A DNA stretch of 63,999 bases, counting the filler, from Jimgerdemannia flammicorona (Eukaryota): assembly GCA_003990765.1 (NCBI GenBank). It is 3 parts of 3 records of this genome, joined end to end, with 100 filler letters (N's around TTAATTAATTAA, not from the genome) between each part and the next. Parts side by side here need not be neighbours in the genome. Positions count along the whole stretch, not along the records: positions 42,847 to 63,999 come from RBNJ01001514.1; 2 more parts are not named here. One strand, 5' to 3'. The notes below the pieces were generated by a model, which was not told the DNA's origin, did no database searches, and saw only the letters and a list, made by a program, of their open reading frames with translations. Each line of letters starts with the position of its first letter. The stretch's first letter is position 1. Positions 49,375 through 63,476 of the stretch are shown piece after piece. The position numbers were made by a program, and so were the translations under genes.

Positions 49375-52300
49375 TTACTCCTCAATCACATTCTGTCCCG
49401 TAGCCTTGGCCAGCATGCCCTCCAAACTCCTCAAAGTCCTTTTCATCTCCTCCAGCTGTGATTTCAGGTCTCCATCCTTCAAAGTCTTTTTCATCTCCAT
49501 CAGCTGTGCCTTCAGGTCTTCGATGGCGGGCTGAGTGGCAATTTCTGGTTGCGGGCGAAACTTCTCCATCCACTCGTTGACGGTGTCGGCAGTGGCATAG
49601 TAGTACATGTATGACGGGAACCAGTGGCTGTGCTGGCGTTGCGCTGGGGTCAACATGAACACCTGGTTTGAAGAACTTTGTGCGTCAGTCAAAAAGGCTA
49701 CGCCAGTCAGAAAACAAACGACAAAGAAAGAACGATGAGCACCTCAACTTCGGCAATCACGCTAGCCAATTGCCCCAGCCAAGCCTTGTGCCCAGTCTCC
49801 TTAGTATCCGAAATAGTGTCACCCATAAACGAGATGAGCAAGTTAAGTAGTAGGATACCTGTTTTAAAAGACACAAGTGAAATCGTAAGTCGGGGGGTTT
49901 TTTTTTTTTTTTTTTCGTTTGAACCTAAACCTTCTACTGGTCCTTCGTCAGACTTACCCATCAAGAAAAAAAACACCGCTTTAAGCCAATCAACGGCAGG
50001 TTTGCCATCAAACGGCGCGATGCTGGAATAGTCACTCGCGATGAAGAAGTAGGTGGATTTGATGGCGGTTAGGACGGATTGATTGTAACCATTAGGGCCT
50101 TTGTCGTTTTCCTCTGGGAAGGATTTTACAAGGTAGTATAGGGCGTGTGTAAAGCCCTGAAAGAAAAGGATAGTAAAAATTGAAATGGTAAGTTGAGGCT
50201 CATAGAAGACGGATATACATTGATTGAAAGGCATTCTTACAAAGACAAAGAAGGCTATCAAAACCAAGAGCCAGATGATCTTTTTGCAGATCTCGATGAC
50301 TGTGTAAATGAGAGGGCCAAACTTTTTGAACACGCGCATTTGCATCATCTGCGAGGTAGCAATAGTGTGAGCCACAATGTTACTTTGCAATCTCGAACGT
50401 TCGTAAATTGACGAAAAGCAGAAAGTACCAGCTGAAACCAAAGAAGGAGAATCGTGTAGCTGTGTAGCCACGAGAGATAGGTTTCGTATGTCGGAACGGT
50501 TCCCTGTGGAGATTGTAGTTAATTCGTTTGAGTGGACCATTCCATAGACAAGAAGGGAAGGGAATAGAGTCAAGTTCGGCGAGTTACCTGGATCAGCACA
50601 TATGTGCAGGTGGCAATCGGGAATGTAAAGGCGCATAGGTCGAGATAATTATAAACCTAAAAATTAAATAGCAAGGATGTTATATTGCTGGTAGTGCCAT
50701 ACGGTGGATATGTTAGCTAACGTGTTGGCTCGACGACAAAACTTACTGAAGAAACGTATGCTAGCGGTTCGGTCAATATCTGTCTGAACTCTTGAAGCAA
50801 GAAAAAGCATCCAATCGCAATTGAGGCACACATGATGGGGTTCACAGCAGCTGAGGAATTAGTAGCCAAGTGAATGCCGACAGAAACAAGAATGCAGTAG
50901 CACACGTAGAGGAACAAGTTCAGGTACACATAGTACTTTGCGTAAGCGTCCCTGTTAAAGGGAATGTCGCCGCGTAAGTTAGGATCTTCGGAAGCTCCCG
51001 AGGCACAAATAATAATAACAATATACATTGAACTTGCCATTTGAAAGCCAGTGTCGCCTCCATCACCACTGAATCGAACAATGGATTTCTACCAGAGAGA
51101 GCCTCTCTGGAGAATGGGCTTCTTGGCTTGATCCAAGTGTCCCAAAAACTCTGCTTTTCGGGAGGATAGATGCAAAAATCCGCAAGAGGAACTGTTGGAC
51201 AATACAATAACACAGTATTATTTGCAATCAATGTCTATCCTCGAATGTCGCAAGAGAGCCGTATGGATCAAATTTTCGGATAAAAGGGGCGCTTACCAAG
51301 ACAAACTCGCAACGGCAACCCCTTCTCATTCAACTTTTTTACCAGACTGATATTTTCCTCTTTTTTTCCACGGGAAAACGTCGACAAAGCAGAGAATATC
51401 GAAGAGTTCGCTAGGTCAAACAACGAGAGCGGTCTTTTAACCCTCAGTTGGTCATTCATGAAGATAGGTTTCAGATTTTTTGCAACAGTTGGGCCGAAAT
51501 GCGTAAAAACCTCGCCATTATCGTTCACAAAGTGTTCCATCTTCGACGGCAGATACGAGACGCGGTGGAGCATCTCCGTGACTAAAAACGGATAGGTGGA
51601 ACAGAGATCGCTGATACTGGCTGAAACGAGTACCATATACGCGGCGTCCGTATGTCCGCCTTTTTCGTTGTGGAATCGCTGAAAGTACTTCATCAGGGCG
51701 GTAACCATGTAGGTGTTCCTACACTTGATGGCTAACGCGAGTGAAGTCGATTCGGAGGGCAAGCGCGAATGATGACAGCGCGGAAGATAGGTATTTTTCT
51801 CGAGGATCTTCTCGGCTAGATTGTTTAACAGTGGATCCAAGTCGCTATTTTCCTGGATGAGCTTGCCGATCAGGGTGACGCCGCTACCATGCCTGATGAA
51901 GTTGTTGATTCTGCTGGCGTAGTAGCCACAGAATTCAACCACAGCCTCTAACTGTACGGCGCAGTTTGACTGCAGCATCGCCGCGAGAAGATCAACAGCC
52001 TCGAAGAGGTGATCGACGATAAAATGACTGCAACGGTCACCTGGGCCGGGAAGAGCGAGCTCGTATTGGATGTGCATGGAGAAAGGGTGATCGCTGAGGG
52101 TTTCCTTTCCTTCGGCACACCGTAACCGTAGCTTGACATCCCCGGTGACGTTGACGAGCACGACAGCGCTGATAAGACGCTGTCGCTGATTCTCTTTACG
52201 AAGTTTTTTTCCTTTGAAACTATTTGTGTCGTCAGTTTCGCTGTCCTCCGGGCTTTTGACAAAAGGAGTAGACCAAATGTACTGCAGCGAAAGTGGCGAG

Positions 52301-55300
52301 GTTTTCCAGACCTATGCCATCATATATGTCGTTAATATCGAATAAATATACTCAACAAACTGCTCGCAATGACTTTCAACAATAACCCCATAATAATAAC
52401 AATAATAAATAAAACAAAAATACCTGGATAGTGTTGCAGCCAATGACCAACAATCTCTTCCCATCCTCGAGCAAATACGCAGAAAGCAACTCGCCTCGGC
52501 CTCTTTGGTTGTCTATAGGACTTCTCATCCAAGGTTCGGGATATAACTCGACGTCAGGCTGTCCCCGCACTTTGATAAAAACGAAATGCTTCCAATACTT
52601 CAACTCAGAGTTGCTGAGCTCCTCAGCGACAGCTTTGATGTCAATGACGACATCCCCGTTCTTGTTTTGCATCGGGGTGGTATATATAAATGGCTCGTTA
52701 CTGTCATCATAATCCGGCGCTCCGCTGAGAAAGTAGCCCCCGCCCCAGAAACATAATAGTAATAAAGAGATCAGCCAACATAGCGGAGGGAAAAAAACAA
52801 GTCTTGGAGTTGCCATGGCTTACCTTGGATGTTCCGCAATACATCGAACATTTTTAGAAACTGTTGTTGATAGATTGACGGTTGAAATTGCGATGTCGAA
52901 TCCATCAATCGCAATGATCATCTCTCTGCTAAATATCACGCGTCCGAAAACCGGCACGGCGTCGCACAGTGTGGTTGCGATGACCTGGCAATCATTGTAG
53001 ACGTCTCTGATTTGTGCCTCGATAACCTCCGGCTTATTCTTATCGTCGCCATCGGCGCGGCGAATGAACGTCACGATTCGATCCTCAGTGTCTGCGAAGC
53101 CGACATAGTTGATGTCACCGTCTTTTTCCACGGTCTCGCCAAGTCGGAGACCCGTGCGAGCGTCGAAAACAGTCAGCTTGCCTCTGATTCCGGCGATGAC
53201 CGCGAGGTCGCCGGAGGTCGAGATGGCCATCTTGCTATAGCCATTGAAGGTAGATCCCATGTGCTTATAGCCCTCGGCGCTTTGAAGCCGCATTTTCATG
53301 TGACCCGATTGTACTGAGAAGATGGACGCAATGTTCTCGGACTCAAGTCGAATCATAGAGGAATTGGTTGCCGAGTTTATCATGATGTTGGTTGTGGTGT
53401 ATTTTGAGATAGGATCCCATACAGCGAAGTTCCGCAGGTCTATTCGATGGTCGAGCTTCCAAGTCGTTGCATCGAAGACATAGAGATAGTCGGTGGTCGA
53501 AAAGAGGAACTTCCCTGCTGTATCGAGAGGGAGCTGCTCTGGTCTCAAAGCTCTGGTGCGAAAGTTCTCGTTCACCTGTTGAACGACCGTGATTTGAAAG
53601 TCAGAATTGGCATCCTGGAGGGTAACGCCGGTGCTCTGTGTTGACGCTTGTATCTCAGCCAATTGAACTTCTGGGTGAACGAACTTTCCATATCCCGAGA
53701 GGTGACTGATGTATGGAAGCTCAATGATCTTCTGTGGTTTGGTTAACGTCGAGTCAATCGAGTAGACAGTGCATGGTAGCAATGCGGGATGAGAATCAGA
53801 GCTCTCCATGACATCCTTGCTTCGAGGAACTGGCTCCTCGTAGGCGACCAAAAAACGAGCGTCATCACGAATTGCAACAGAAATCGCAGCATGAGGAGTG
53901 TTGACGTTGAGGTTTGCGATGGCGTCAAATTTCCACTCGGTGTGCTTCTCCAGCGAGTCGTCGTGAACAAGCCAAACGGTGACACGCCCGTCTTGCCGTG
54001 ACAACGACACTAAGTAAACGCCGGTACCCGAGAGTGAAATATGATCGATGGGTGCTTGATGGGGCGTCTCGGTGATTTTGAGGTTGTGGTCCGAGGAGGT
54101 ACTCTCTTCTACTCCAACGTGATCTTCTATTTCCTTGTCTTTGGATCTTGGCCTCAACTCGACCCAATCAAAATGCTGCGAGAAAGATGCCGCCATCAGC
54201 GTTTGTCAGGCTCAACTTCCATATCAAGTGAAAACGTAGTCCCCACTTACCAGCCCATTATAATCATGCCTGTCGTGGCCCTTCCTTATACGTATGGTCA
54301 CTGCGCTCCACCCCAGTGTCGGTTCAAGTTTTAAAGGCTGCGGCATCGTCCACTCGAACCAATCTGAGCGTGAAAGCATGCATTTACCAAAACGTGTTAG
54401 AAAGCGAAAGGCTGCCCTGATGCAACGAAAATTGGAATGCTAAACTGGCGTACCTTGGCCCTTGTACTTTTTAAATTCTTCTGCCTTTACTGAAAGATTC
54501 AGTTGGCCGCGCCCGGATGGAGTTTGGTCCTGGAAATATTATTCAAGTTTGTGCGTCGTTGATCTAAGTTTCGTGCTGCAAATGCAAAATTTAAATTTGA
54601 CTTACTGGATGCAAGCCCTCCGCAGAGAAGTTTATTTCTATTTCATCTGGTTGAAGATACCCGGGAGATGTGGTGATTTTCATTGCAAGAAATTGTTGGA
54701 ATCAAACAGATCATTGAATACATACCTGTTCCCACAAAGCTATCTGCATCGAGCTTCATTCTCCATACCACGTCGTAGTTACCGGCGACAATATACCTCA
54801 ACCGACCGGCAAACTAATAATCAAACCAATGGCGACGTAAGTGGTTTTGGGCAAATCGATCATCAGCAAAGGAATGAGAAACCCCAATTCAGTCCCTACT
54901 GTACTTACGTCCCATCCACGCGCGCAATGCATATATACGACTTTCCCAAATTCGCTGTTGATATATCATGTGTACGTATGTCATTACACCTTTGACTCAT
55001 GCAAGTCTTTGTAAAGGATTCAATCTCCATACCTTTCGTGATGGTCTATAATTCGAAAATCGGGAATGTGATCTGCGTCCTCATCAGGTTGGCTGCTGCC
55101 GAACCCCGCACGCTTCTGTTTATATGCGGCCACCTGCTTGCATACGTCAAACTTCTCCGCGTCGGCGAAGAAAATCTTGTATGATTCCTTTGGTTCGAAC
55201 AGTGATAGAATGGCAGGATCCACCTGCGATACTCCGGACGCCGTGTCCTCTGTCGCGATCGCATGTGGAGGCAAGACTTGTTGGATTTTGCTCGCAGACT

Positions 55301-55447
55301 TCCGTTGGTGTTTCAACAACGGTCTCAACTCGACGTAGTCAAATGCCTGCAGAATCGAAATCGTAATCAGGATCGGAATCGGACGTAGGAATGAATATGC
55401 ACGTTCAAGTTTATCTCTTACCACCAAGGTGCCATTATCAATCGCAA

Positions 55448-55488
<41 letters not shown>

Positions 55489-56459
55489 AATGTTCCTCTT
55501 GTAATAGCCATTGGTGTTCAAAATAGCAATATCGACGTCGACACCTCCGTAACAAGGCTCAATGTAGACGTAATCCGAGAGAATATACTCAATCCAGCCT
55601 GCAGAGGATGACGTCATGTTGAGCGTGACGACAAGCGAGGCTCAAAATGATTGAATGGATATCTGCCTACCTTTGCCATTGTTATCTTTGAAAATATTCT
55701 CGTAGTAAAGATGGCTGATTTTTCCAGATTTGTTGGAAGGATCAGTCTATTACGAGCCATTGAGCATCCTTCGAGTAAGCATTTGAAATTTGGAACTGCA
55801 AAGAAGAAGCTGCAAGCGCGCGTACCTTTCTGTGAGGTTCGACTAAGAAAGTGAGTCCGCCGGGAAGGTCCGGAGCCGGACGATTGTCTGTATTCGTTTG
55901 AATCGATGCCACCAGCTGATAGGTACCCGGACGAACGCCGTGGATATATCCCTTGACCTGCCGTAAGAACTGTATTAGTTTCCAAGTCCAGGTTGCTAAA
56001 TAACCATGTGATAAGATCTGGAAAGGCAACTCACATATAACCAACAAGTTTCTTTCAAAAATACGACTTTACCCCCGCGTTCACTGCGACATGATGGGCA
56101 CGTGTGAGTGTGATGACGACACAAAATATCACGACAGTTCGGTGTGACAAGTAGATCAAACGCACCTGGTGGGATCGTCTTGCAAACTCCAGCTTCCGCC
56201 CTGAAAGTCATGGATGGCGATAGCGTTCGTGCCTGTATCGTCGCATTCGGCATTTGACTCGTAGTCGCCGGCGTAGATGCGGTAGAGCGGCGAAGGACAC
56301 ACATCCGCGACTGCGAAAGGCAAAGCCGTGTTTTTAAGAATATTATTGATTCGAGACAACGACCTGAGAGGAACGGGATAGCTACAAACACGACTCACCT
56401 GTCTCCTCAAGTTCGTGGACCTCCTCCTCTATGGGAATCACGACGTTGTTGTTTGACAT
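49375..56459 (-). CDS. Large multi-exon TRP-like cation channel with two N-terminal PP2-like domains and a WD40-like beta-propeller
   Basis: First exon ATG 56459 to GT donor 56398; two domains ending FDYVELRP and FDWVELRP; propeller-like exon 54196-52820; MEATLAFKW; RVFKKFGPLIYTV; GFTHALYYL; ILLLNLLISFMGDT; KAWLGQLASVIAEVE; C-terminal coiled coil. Confidence 0.8.
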
Positions 56460-56695
56460 CGTATCCGACGCTTTTTCGTTCTTGTACTGGGTGTCGAAAA
56501 GGATGGGCAGATGAAGAATAGAGGCATTTAAATATTTTTATTGTATATATATGGAGTGATTTGCCTCGGCTCATCCTATTTTGACGTTTTTTACTGTCTC
56601 CTGACAATCAAGACCAAACCGGGGTATGTACCCAGTCGATGATCTCCATATTCTAGATGCGGCTTGTACTTTCTAGGATTCTGCGGCGGACGGCG

Positions 56696-56938
56696 ACAAA
56701 CACGACTCACCTGTCTCCTCAAGTTCGTAGACCTCCTCCGCGATGTTGAACATGGAAATCACGACGTTGTTCGACATCGTATCCGACGCTTTTTTCGTTG
56801 TTGTACTGGGTGTCGAAAAGGATGAGTAGATCTTTAGATCTTTTTATTGAGACAAATTACTATATGGAATGATTTGCCTAGGCTCATCCTATTTTGACGC
56901 TCTTTACTGTTTTCTGACAATCGAAACCAAAACGGGGG
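56696..56938 (-). repeat. Tandem duplicate of the channel gene's first exon and upstream region (copy of ~56384-56625)
   Basis: Direct repeat with ~312-bp offset; ATG 56777 to donor GTGAGT at 56710. Confidence 0.85.
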
Positions 56939-57788
56939 TGGCGATGATCGTCATCAAAATTCAAGTAATTCCTTTCTCGGAGGTTCGAATGGGGAAAGGC
57001 TACGTCCAGACTGATATCACATTGCCAAGATCCTGTCAAGTCGGCTCAGCCTCCCGTCCATCCGTCTTCTGAGCTACAACGCGCCATTCATGGTCTGGGT
57101 CGTCCGTTCAAGGTCAAGTAAGCTATGAAGAGCTTGGCGATTAAACATTCCATTCGTGTGCCCGTTTTGCCGACCCGCAGAGGAATGACGAGGTCCCCTC
57201 CGTATTTCGCATGTTGACGCACATAACCCTTGAAACGTGTGGTGGGGCTGGGTGGGGCTGGGCACAAAACAATTAAATGCGACTGCTCGCATACCCCGGG
57301 GCTTGCCGTGTGGTCCCTGCCACTGTCTCGAGGAAAGCCCGCACCATTTCTCTAACTAAACCTACCGCCACGTTCCCCTCGTTATGATGAATAATGTCCG
57401 AGTTGGCATCACTTCAATATCCCAATGTCTTCTACGAAGGAAGCGAGGCTAAAATTGTCATCAGACATCCCAACACCGCCCTTAGAAGTAGCATCTTGGT
57501 CAAATGACATGACACATATACGAATTGCAATGTTTGAATGCGTAAGCAGCGAAAGCCGCACAAGGCAACTGCGCAGCCGCGCAGCCGCGAAAGTCGCACA
57601 AGGCTTGCGCCATACCACACAAACCACAAGCCACCAAAAAAAAAAAAAAAAAAAAAAAAAGAAAAAAAAACTGTGTTGATCAATAACAAGCAGACATTTC
57701 GGGAAATAATAACTATATATGTTATTTATGATTTGTATGGCTAATATAATGATCAATTATTAGTATATAATTATCTTAGTATACTGAT

Positions 57789-58063
57789 TAGTGCTCGGAA
57801 CGAATCGAATTGAATCGAATCAAGGTCGAAGTTCGATTCGAACCTAATTTTTCAAAATTCAATAACATATCCAAATTTAATGAATTTTAGCTGTTAAATG
57901 CACCTTATTATGGTGAATATAGCACAACAAAGAATATTAAATTTAGATGTGTTTTCATTGAGTTATTACATTTTAAAAGTTGGGATAAAATTTTTTGAAT
58001 CGAATCGGACCTCAATTCGAATGATCCCCAATTCGATTCGATTTGAATCGTTTGGGAGCACTA
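57789..58063. mobile_element. hAT-type MITE (275 bp)
   Basis: TIRs TAGTGCTC..AACGAATCGAA and its complement; subterminal GAATC repeats; exact 8-bp TSD ATACTGAT (57781-57788, 58064-58071). Confidence 0.9.
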
Positions 58064-60886
58064 ATACTGATATTCTATTTAATATATAAGCTTTTTCTTA
58101 TATTAGAAAATGATTAGTATAATAGATATCTTAATATTAAAGATTGATTACCATCAAGTCTAGAAGTAGTTATATTAATAATTATTATATTTTAAAAGAT
58201 AAAATTAGAAATATACTCTAAACTTATAAATAATAATATTTATATATTTAATACTATTATATAAATTTAACTATAATATTAAATAAAGAATATCTTTTAT
58301 ATATTATATATTAACTTTAACTTTATATATTATTTTTTATTTTATTTTTCTATAATATTTATATTAAAGTTACTTATAAAATTAATTTAAATATTACCAT
58401 AAGATATTTAAATAATTTAAATATATTTATATTAATTTACATATAATTTAAAATAAAGATATACTAAGTGTGTATAATAATATATCTACAGTTAATTAAT
58501 AGTAGTAATATTGTCTATTTTAAATAATTCTTTCTATTTTAATTTTATTTTTATCATTTTACTTCTATCTGTACTATCAGAAAAAGAATATACATATATC
58601 AATTATAATGTAAAAAAAGAACTATTAGGAGCAAAGCACCAATAAATAACAATTATGCAGTGAAAGAGAGAGAGAAATGGTCGACTGAATCGTGTAATAC
58701 CATGTAATGCAGCCAACCTGTAAAGGTTACAGAACTGCACAGTCCACTTTAGAGCAGAAGGCCAGTTCGAAGGTTACTCCCGAGTTGGGTTCAAACTGAC
58801 GCCCATTCTATGCATGTGCAGAACGCCAGGTCCGAAGGTCACACCATCTTGGGGATTCGAACTGACCGACTGACAGCACGTGGACCGTCACTCTACGACC
58901 TGGCCTAGAACAAAATTCCAAGTTTTGGCCAAAAGTTGTGCAATGGTTCTGAAGAAAAGAAGTGTTTCAGATGCAATTGTAGTGTGAAAAGCGAGACCAA
59001 TCCTAGTCGCTCGGTTTCGATAGAACATGTTCTCTGGCACTGCATTGATGTGAGTGAGTTTGTAAATGAAGCCGCTGATGTGCTTGTAGGCGGCGCCGAC
59101 GGGGTTGAAGAGAGATACGTCATTAATATAAAAGTGTGGTTTCTGCCGTGGAGGACACTATCGTCTTTTCGTGAATATGGTCGAGACGGACTTGCACCAC
59201 CCATCAGCGGCGTTCGAGCTCCACCTTTACGCATCGTCTCCATCGATCGTTTATTCCCTCCCCCCCAAAAAGCTTCCTTTGTTTTCAATGACGCACGTGT
59301 CTCAATAACTTATGACCTTCCAAACAGCAGCACGTCTCATCATATGCAGTAGAACGTTAATGTTTCCATCACTATGATCACTATGATGCCTTAAAATCAC
59401 TAAAACCTAGCTTTAGGCCTGTGGAAGAGGGGGCAACGCCGATGGTTTATCGAACGTCCTGACATACTATGATTCGGACGATTACGCGAGCATTACAAGT
59501 GTATATGGATGGGGTCTCTGCTGACGTGGCGTGTTTAAACGAACATTTCGATCACGATATTCGAAAACGAGCGTTCCTTGAATTGGCAGTGTCCCATGAA
59601 ATGTCTCGGCTTGCTTATCTGCGAGCAACGAGTCCATATTTTTTACGCAAGTGTTCCAACGAGACCTTCCTTGAGTTTTTGTGCTAGTTTTGAAACTGGT
59701 CACGCATATCATCCAAGGGGTCTGACGCGACGAAGCATGTGTTGATGCCAGTTCGGTAGGTTTCAAAGAACCCTCTGTTCTGGCATCATTTCCAAAATAA
59801 GACAAAAGAAAAAGCGTTTCTAACAAAAAAATATATAATATCTAATTATGGACAGCACGCATACATACATTCCAATATGGCGCGCGTCAAGTGTCAGCTA
59901 TCTGCTACTTATTTCTATTAACAGAAATTCCTCGGCACCGGTAATCTTAATAAACTTACAATAGTTGACAAGAATAAACATAATATAGAAGAAAACCGGG
60001 TTAAGGTTGCCCATGTCACGGATCCCTCAATGGCTGGGTCTGCGAATCGGACGAAAGAGCCGAATGCCTCACGGTAGGTGGCTGGACATTGGCGTCGGTG
60101 AACTGCTTGCGGTCGCCAAAACCGGCCGGACCGTTAGTTAATTCATTCATTTCCCTGTAGGGGCGCATTTGCACCGTGGAGGAAACATAAAGGAGGGAGA
60201 GGAAGCGCGAGAAGACGACTTGCGTTTCAGGGTGGAAGGGGACGACGATTACGCCCGGCTGAGAATTGATTGGTGGGGAGGTATGTGTATGTGAGTGGTC
60301 TGCGTAGTGATGTGATCGCAAAGTCTCACAATGGGGTTCTGTTCATCGGTGTATGTCAATTGAAAACAAGAGAAAGAAAGGGGAACGTTGGGGCGACGAA
60401 CAGGAACGCCGACTTAAGACTATAGTAGACTATATAGATCACATTATTGACATGGTGAAAAGGTCTAGCATCACTGGACTAAATAAAGCTTGATGTTATA
60501 ATAGTGATATAGGTTTTTAATATTATAACATTATAAGTAGTCTAGAAATTTATTTTAAAAAATTACTTAGTTTACAAAAGTTTCAATATTTTCTTTTTAC
60601 TAAAGCAAATCTAGATATTATTAAAGTCCAAGAAGTTGCAAATAGTTCTTTCTGAAAATTCAAGCTATTGAAGACTAGTAAATCCATCACTCCTCAAACT
60701 ATAGAAAAAATTAAAGTTTTGTCATTTTTGGTTCTTAAGTCTTCTCCTATGTAATTGAAACACTAAGAGTATCTCTATTACAATATTCACCTATTTGTTA
60801 GAGATTAATTTAAAGATATTACTTGCCCAAGATCAATCTATAATGATAATGAATAAAATATTAAAAGAATAAGATAAGAAAAAATT

Positions 60887-61300
60887 ATGGTAAACATTTT
60901 AGAAGTACAACAACATGTAAACAAAGAATTGCTAAATGAAATCAAAATACTGAAAAAGCAATTAGTCAATAAAGAAGAAAATCTTAAATAGGAAATTTGA
61001 AAGGTTGATCAAGAAGAGTAAAAATATAGAGTAAAAGACTACAAGTATTCTACTTTTAAAAAGTTGGATGATAAATGATTAGAGGAAGGTAAAGTCAGAA
61101 TAGCAATTAACTCTAATAAAACTAAAGAATGAGTCAAAGATTATAAAAGAGTTTATTTCAATAATATTATTATTGAAAAGATGTTAGAAAGTTTTTGTGA
61201 TTTATCCAAAGAATTATATATAATATGAGCTAAATATATTTCAAAATGAAGTGAATAAGGTTATTAAATTACTAGACAAAAGCAGCAAATTAAAGAGTAA
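60887..61300 (+). pseudogene. Decayed bacterial-style coiled-coil ORF, probably from a Mollicutes-related endobacterium
   Basis: One frame from ATG 60887 to TAA 61300 with five TGA at Trp-like positions and no TGG; other stops fit CAA/CAG>TAA/TAG; next ATG follows 3 nt later. Confidence 0.55.
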
Positions 61301-61303
61301 AAA

Positions 61304-61840
61304 ATGTCTAATAAGTAATTATAAAAAGACCTCAGAGATATTTGAAGTAAAGGTCAAACTTATATCGAAACTACAAATTATGCTTATAGATTAAAGTTAG
61401 AGAGTGACATCAAACACAAGAAAGAAAAAAAGAATTTACAAAATGATTTGCAGATAACTTATAAGTTATAAGTTATAGAAGTAAATGATTTAGTAAAGAA
61501 AATAGCAATATTAGAAAATGCTGGTAATGAACTTTTGAAAGTATTAGTAAAAATTCAAGATAAATTAAAGTAGAGATTAAAGGCAAATGAAAATTTGTAA
61601 AAAGAATTAAGATGACAAAAAGAGTTATTAACAAACTCTCAAAAGGAAACAAATGAGTAAAAAAGATTGAGAGAAAAAGCAGAATTCTAATTATACTTAA
61701 CCAACAAACCCTTACCTAAGTGACCAAATAAACTTAAAGAGTTGGGAAGAAAAATAAAAGTTAAACTTCAATATTTTGTAGAAAAAATTAAGTCTCAAAA
61801 GGAGACAATGATTGCTAAAATTGAAGTTCTGATTAAATAA
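61304..61840 (+). pseudogene. Decayed coiled-coil ORF, probably endobacterial
   Basis: Single frame, K/E/N-rich, ends NKPLPK...VEKIKSQKETMIAKIEVLIK*. Confidence 0.55.
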
Positions 61841-61990
61841 TTATAAAAGAACTACTTTATATAGTTTTAGAGTTAGAGAAATAAAATCAATAAGTGATAT
61901 GTTCTTTTTATCATAGCTTCAATAGGAAAAGTAGACCTGCTATTTATCAAATAAGAATGTATAGCAAATTAATAAACAAATTAGTTAATA

Positions 61991-63408
61991 ATGACTATAT
62001 ATATAAAGAGTATAAGAAAATTTTTGAAAATAATGAATTACCCAAGTGCAAGAGATATAGAAGATTATAAATAGATACTAATATTGATATTCATAGTAAC
62101 AAATATATCTGTAATTGTATTAAATATAAAGAGAAATTGAAGAAAGAAGAAAAAGAACTCTCTTCTTTATCTTGAACATTTGCTTTTTATGAATAGTAAG
62201 TAAATGCTCTTTAAGAATAATTGAAAGAGACTGAGTAAATATACCCCTTTCTCTGCTACCTTACCAGTTATAATGATTTGGTAGACAACTTTCTGAGTCT
62301 ACTTTCCATAATTATTACCCCCTCTACCTCAGGTTGATTTGCTACACCTATTGTAGGACAGTGGGAGAGAGGCAATGGTGATGAGTTGCCCCTTTATCAG
62401 TGTCAGATTAGTGTCTTCTCTACTTTTTCATGATTTCTGATACCTTCAGCTATGTCTGAAGTGCATTTGTTTTGGGGTGGTACCTTTTTCTTTTTGCCAT
62501 CACCAACAAGGTACTGTCTCAGTATATTATGAGCTATATAGAGAGTCAGCCAATCTTGGGTATCAAGTGCTCAGTGTAGGTTATCTGCAGGTTCTTGGTA
62601 TCTATAGTGGGGCCCTCTGACTTTGGCAAGCTTCTCAGTGAGCATAGTTCTGGTGTAGATAACTGCTTTTTGAGTGTTGTCAGGATAGGAGGGGAGATGG
62701 TCATCACAGATAAGAGGAAGGGTAATAATGGTAAACCAGTAGAATGCCAGGCTGAGGACAGTTATCAGGGCTAGAGCAAGTACTACTTTGGTGAGGTCTT
62801 TTGATTAGTACAGAGCAGTTAGTTAGTAGGTGTCACTCTCAACTTCTTTTGGTGATTCAGTGGATTGAGTCTCAGTTGTTAGAAGGGGTTGAGGGACCCA
62901 AGGCTACCCATTTTAGATATCTTGGCTATACTTAACTAAAACTAGAAGCTGATATAGTAATATGATCAAGGTCTATAGGCTTGAGTAGTGAGATATTGGG
63001 GGTCTTCTCTTGCCTCACATATAAGTTCTTTACTTATTTTGACTGAAAGAACCAGGCCCTACCCACCATAATATACTTTGATGAGGGGTTTTCTTTGTCT
63101 ATCATTCTCTTTGGTGTGGCAGAAGCTATTCTATTTGGCTCAGATATAGTTTTGTATATATATTGGAGTCTCGGGCATACACTTTCAGTCATTGGCATAT
63201 GGCTGAGTTCCCCCTGGTAGTAGAGAGAGCATGGTATATAGAATGAGGTATAGGCCAACATAGGCTCTACTATACCTAGCATGGTTGAGCTGCTGAATAA
63301 TAGCTAGTCTAGGTTAATAAGAGAACAGTGCTTGATGGGTGGTGGGAGAGGATTTTGACCTATATAGTCTAGGTTCTCTTCCAATAAAAATCCACAGGAC
63401 ATTGAGTC

Positions 63409-63476
<68 letters not shown>

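Noticed and set aside
55448..55480. Long A-runs (also 1-24, 43032-43046, 57635-57670) as possible retroposon tails
   Set aside because: No TSD or element body; the one at 55448 is intronic. Only the run at 63413 has a TSD.
58936..59352. CxxC...EHVLWHC pattern resembling a LINE C-terminal zinc finger
   Set aside because: No RT upstream, no poly(A) or TSD; may be coincidental.
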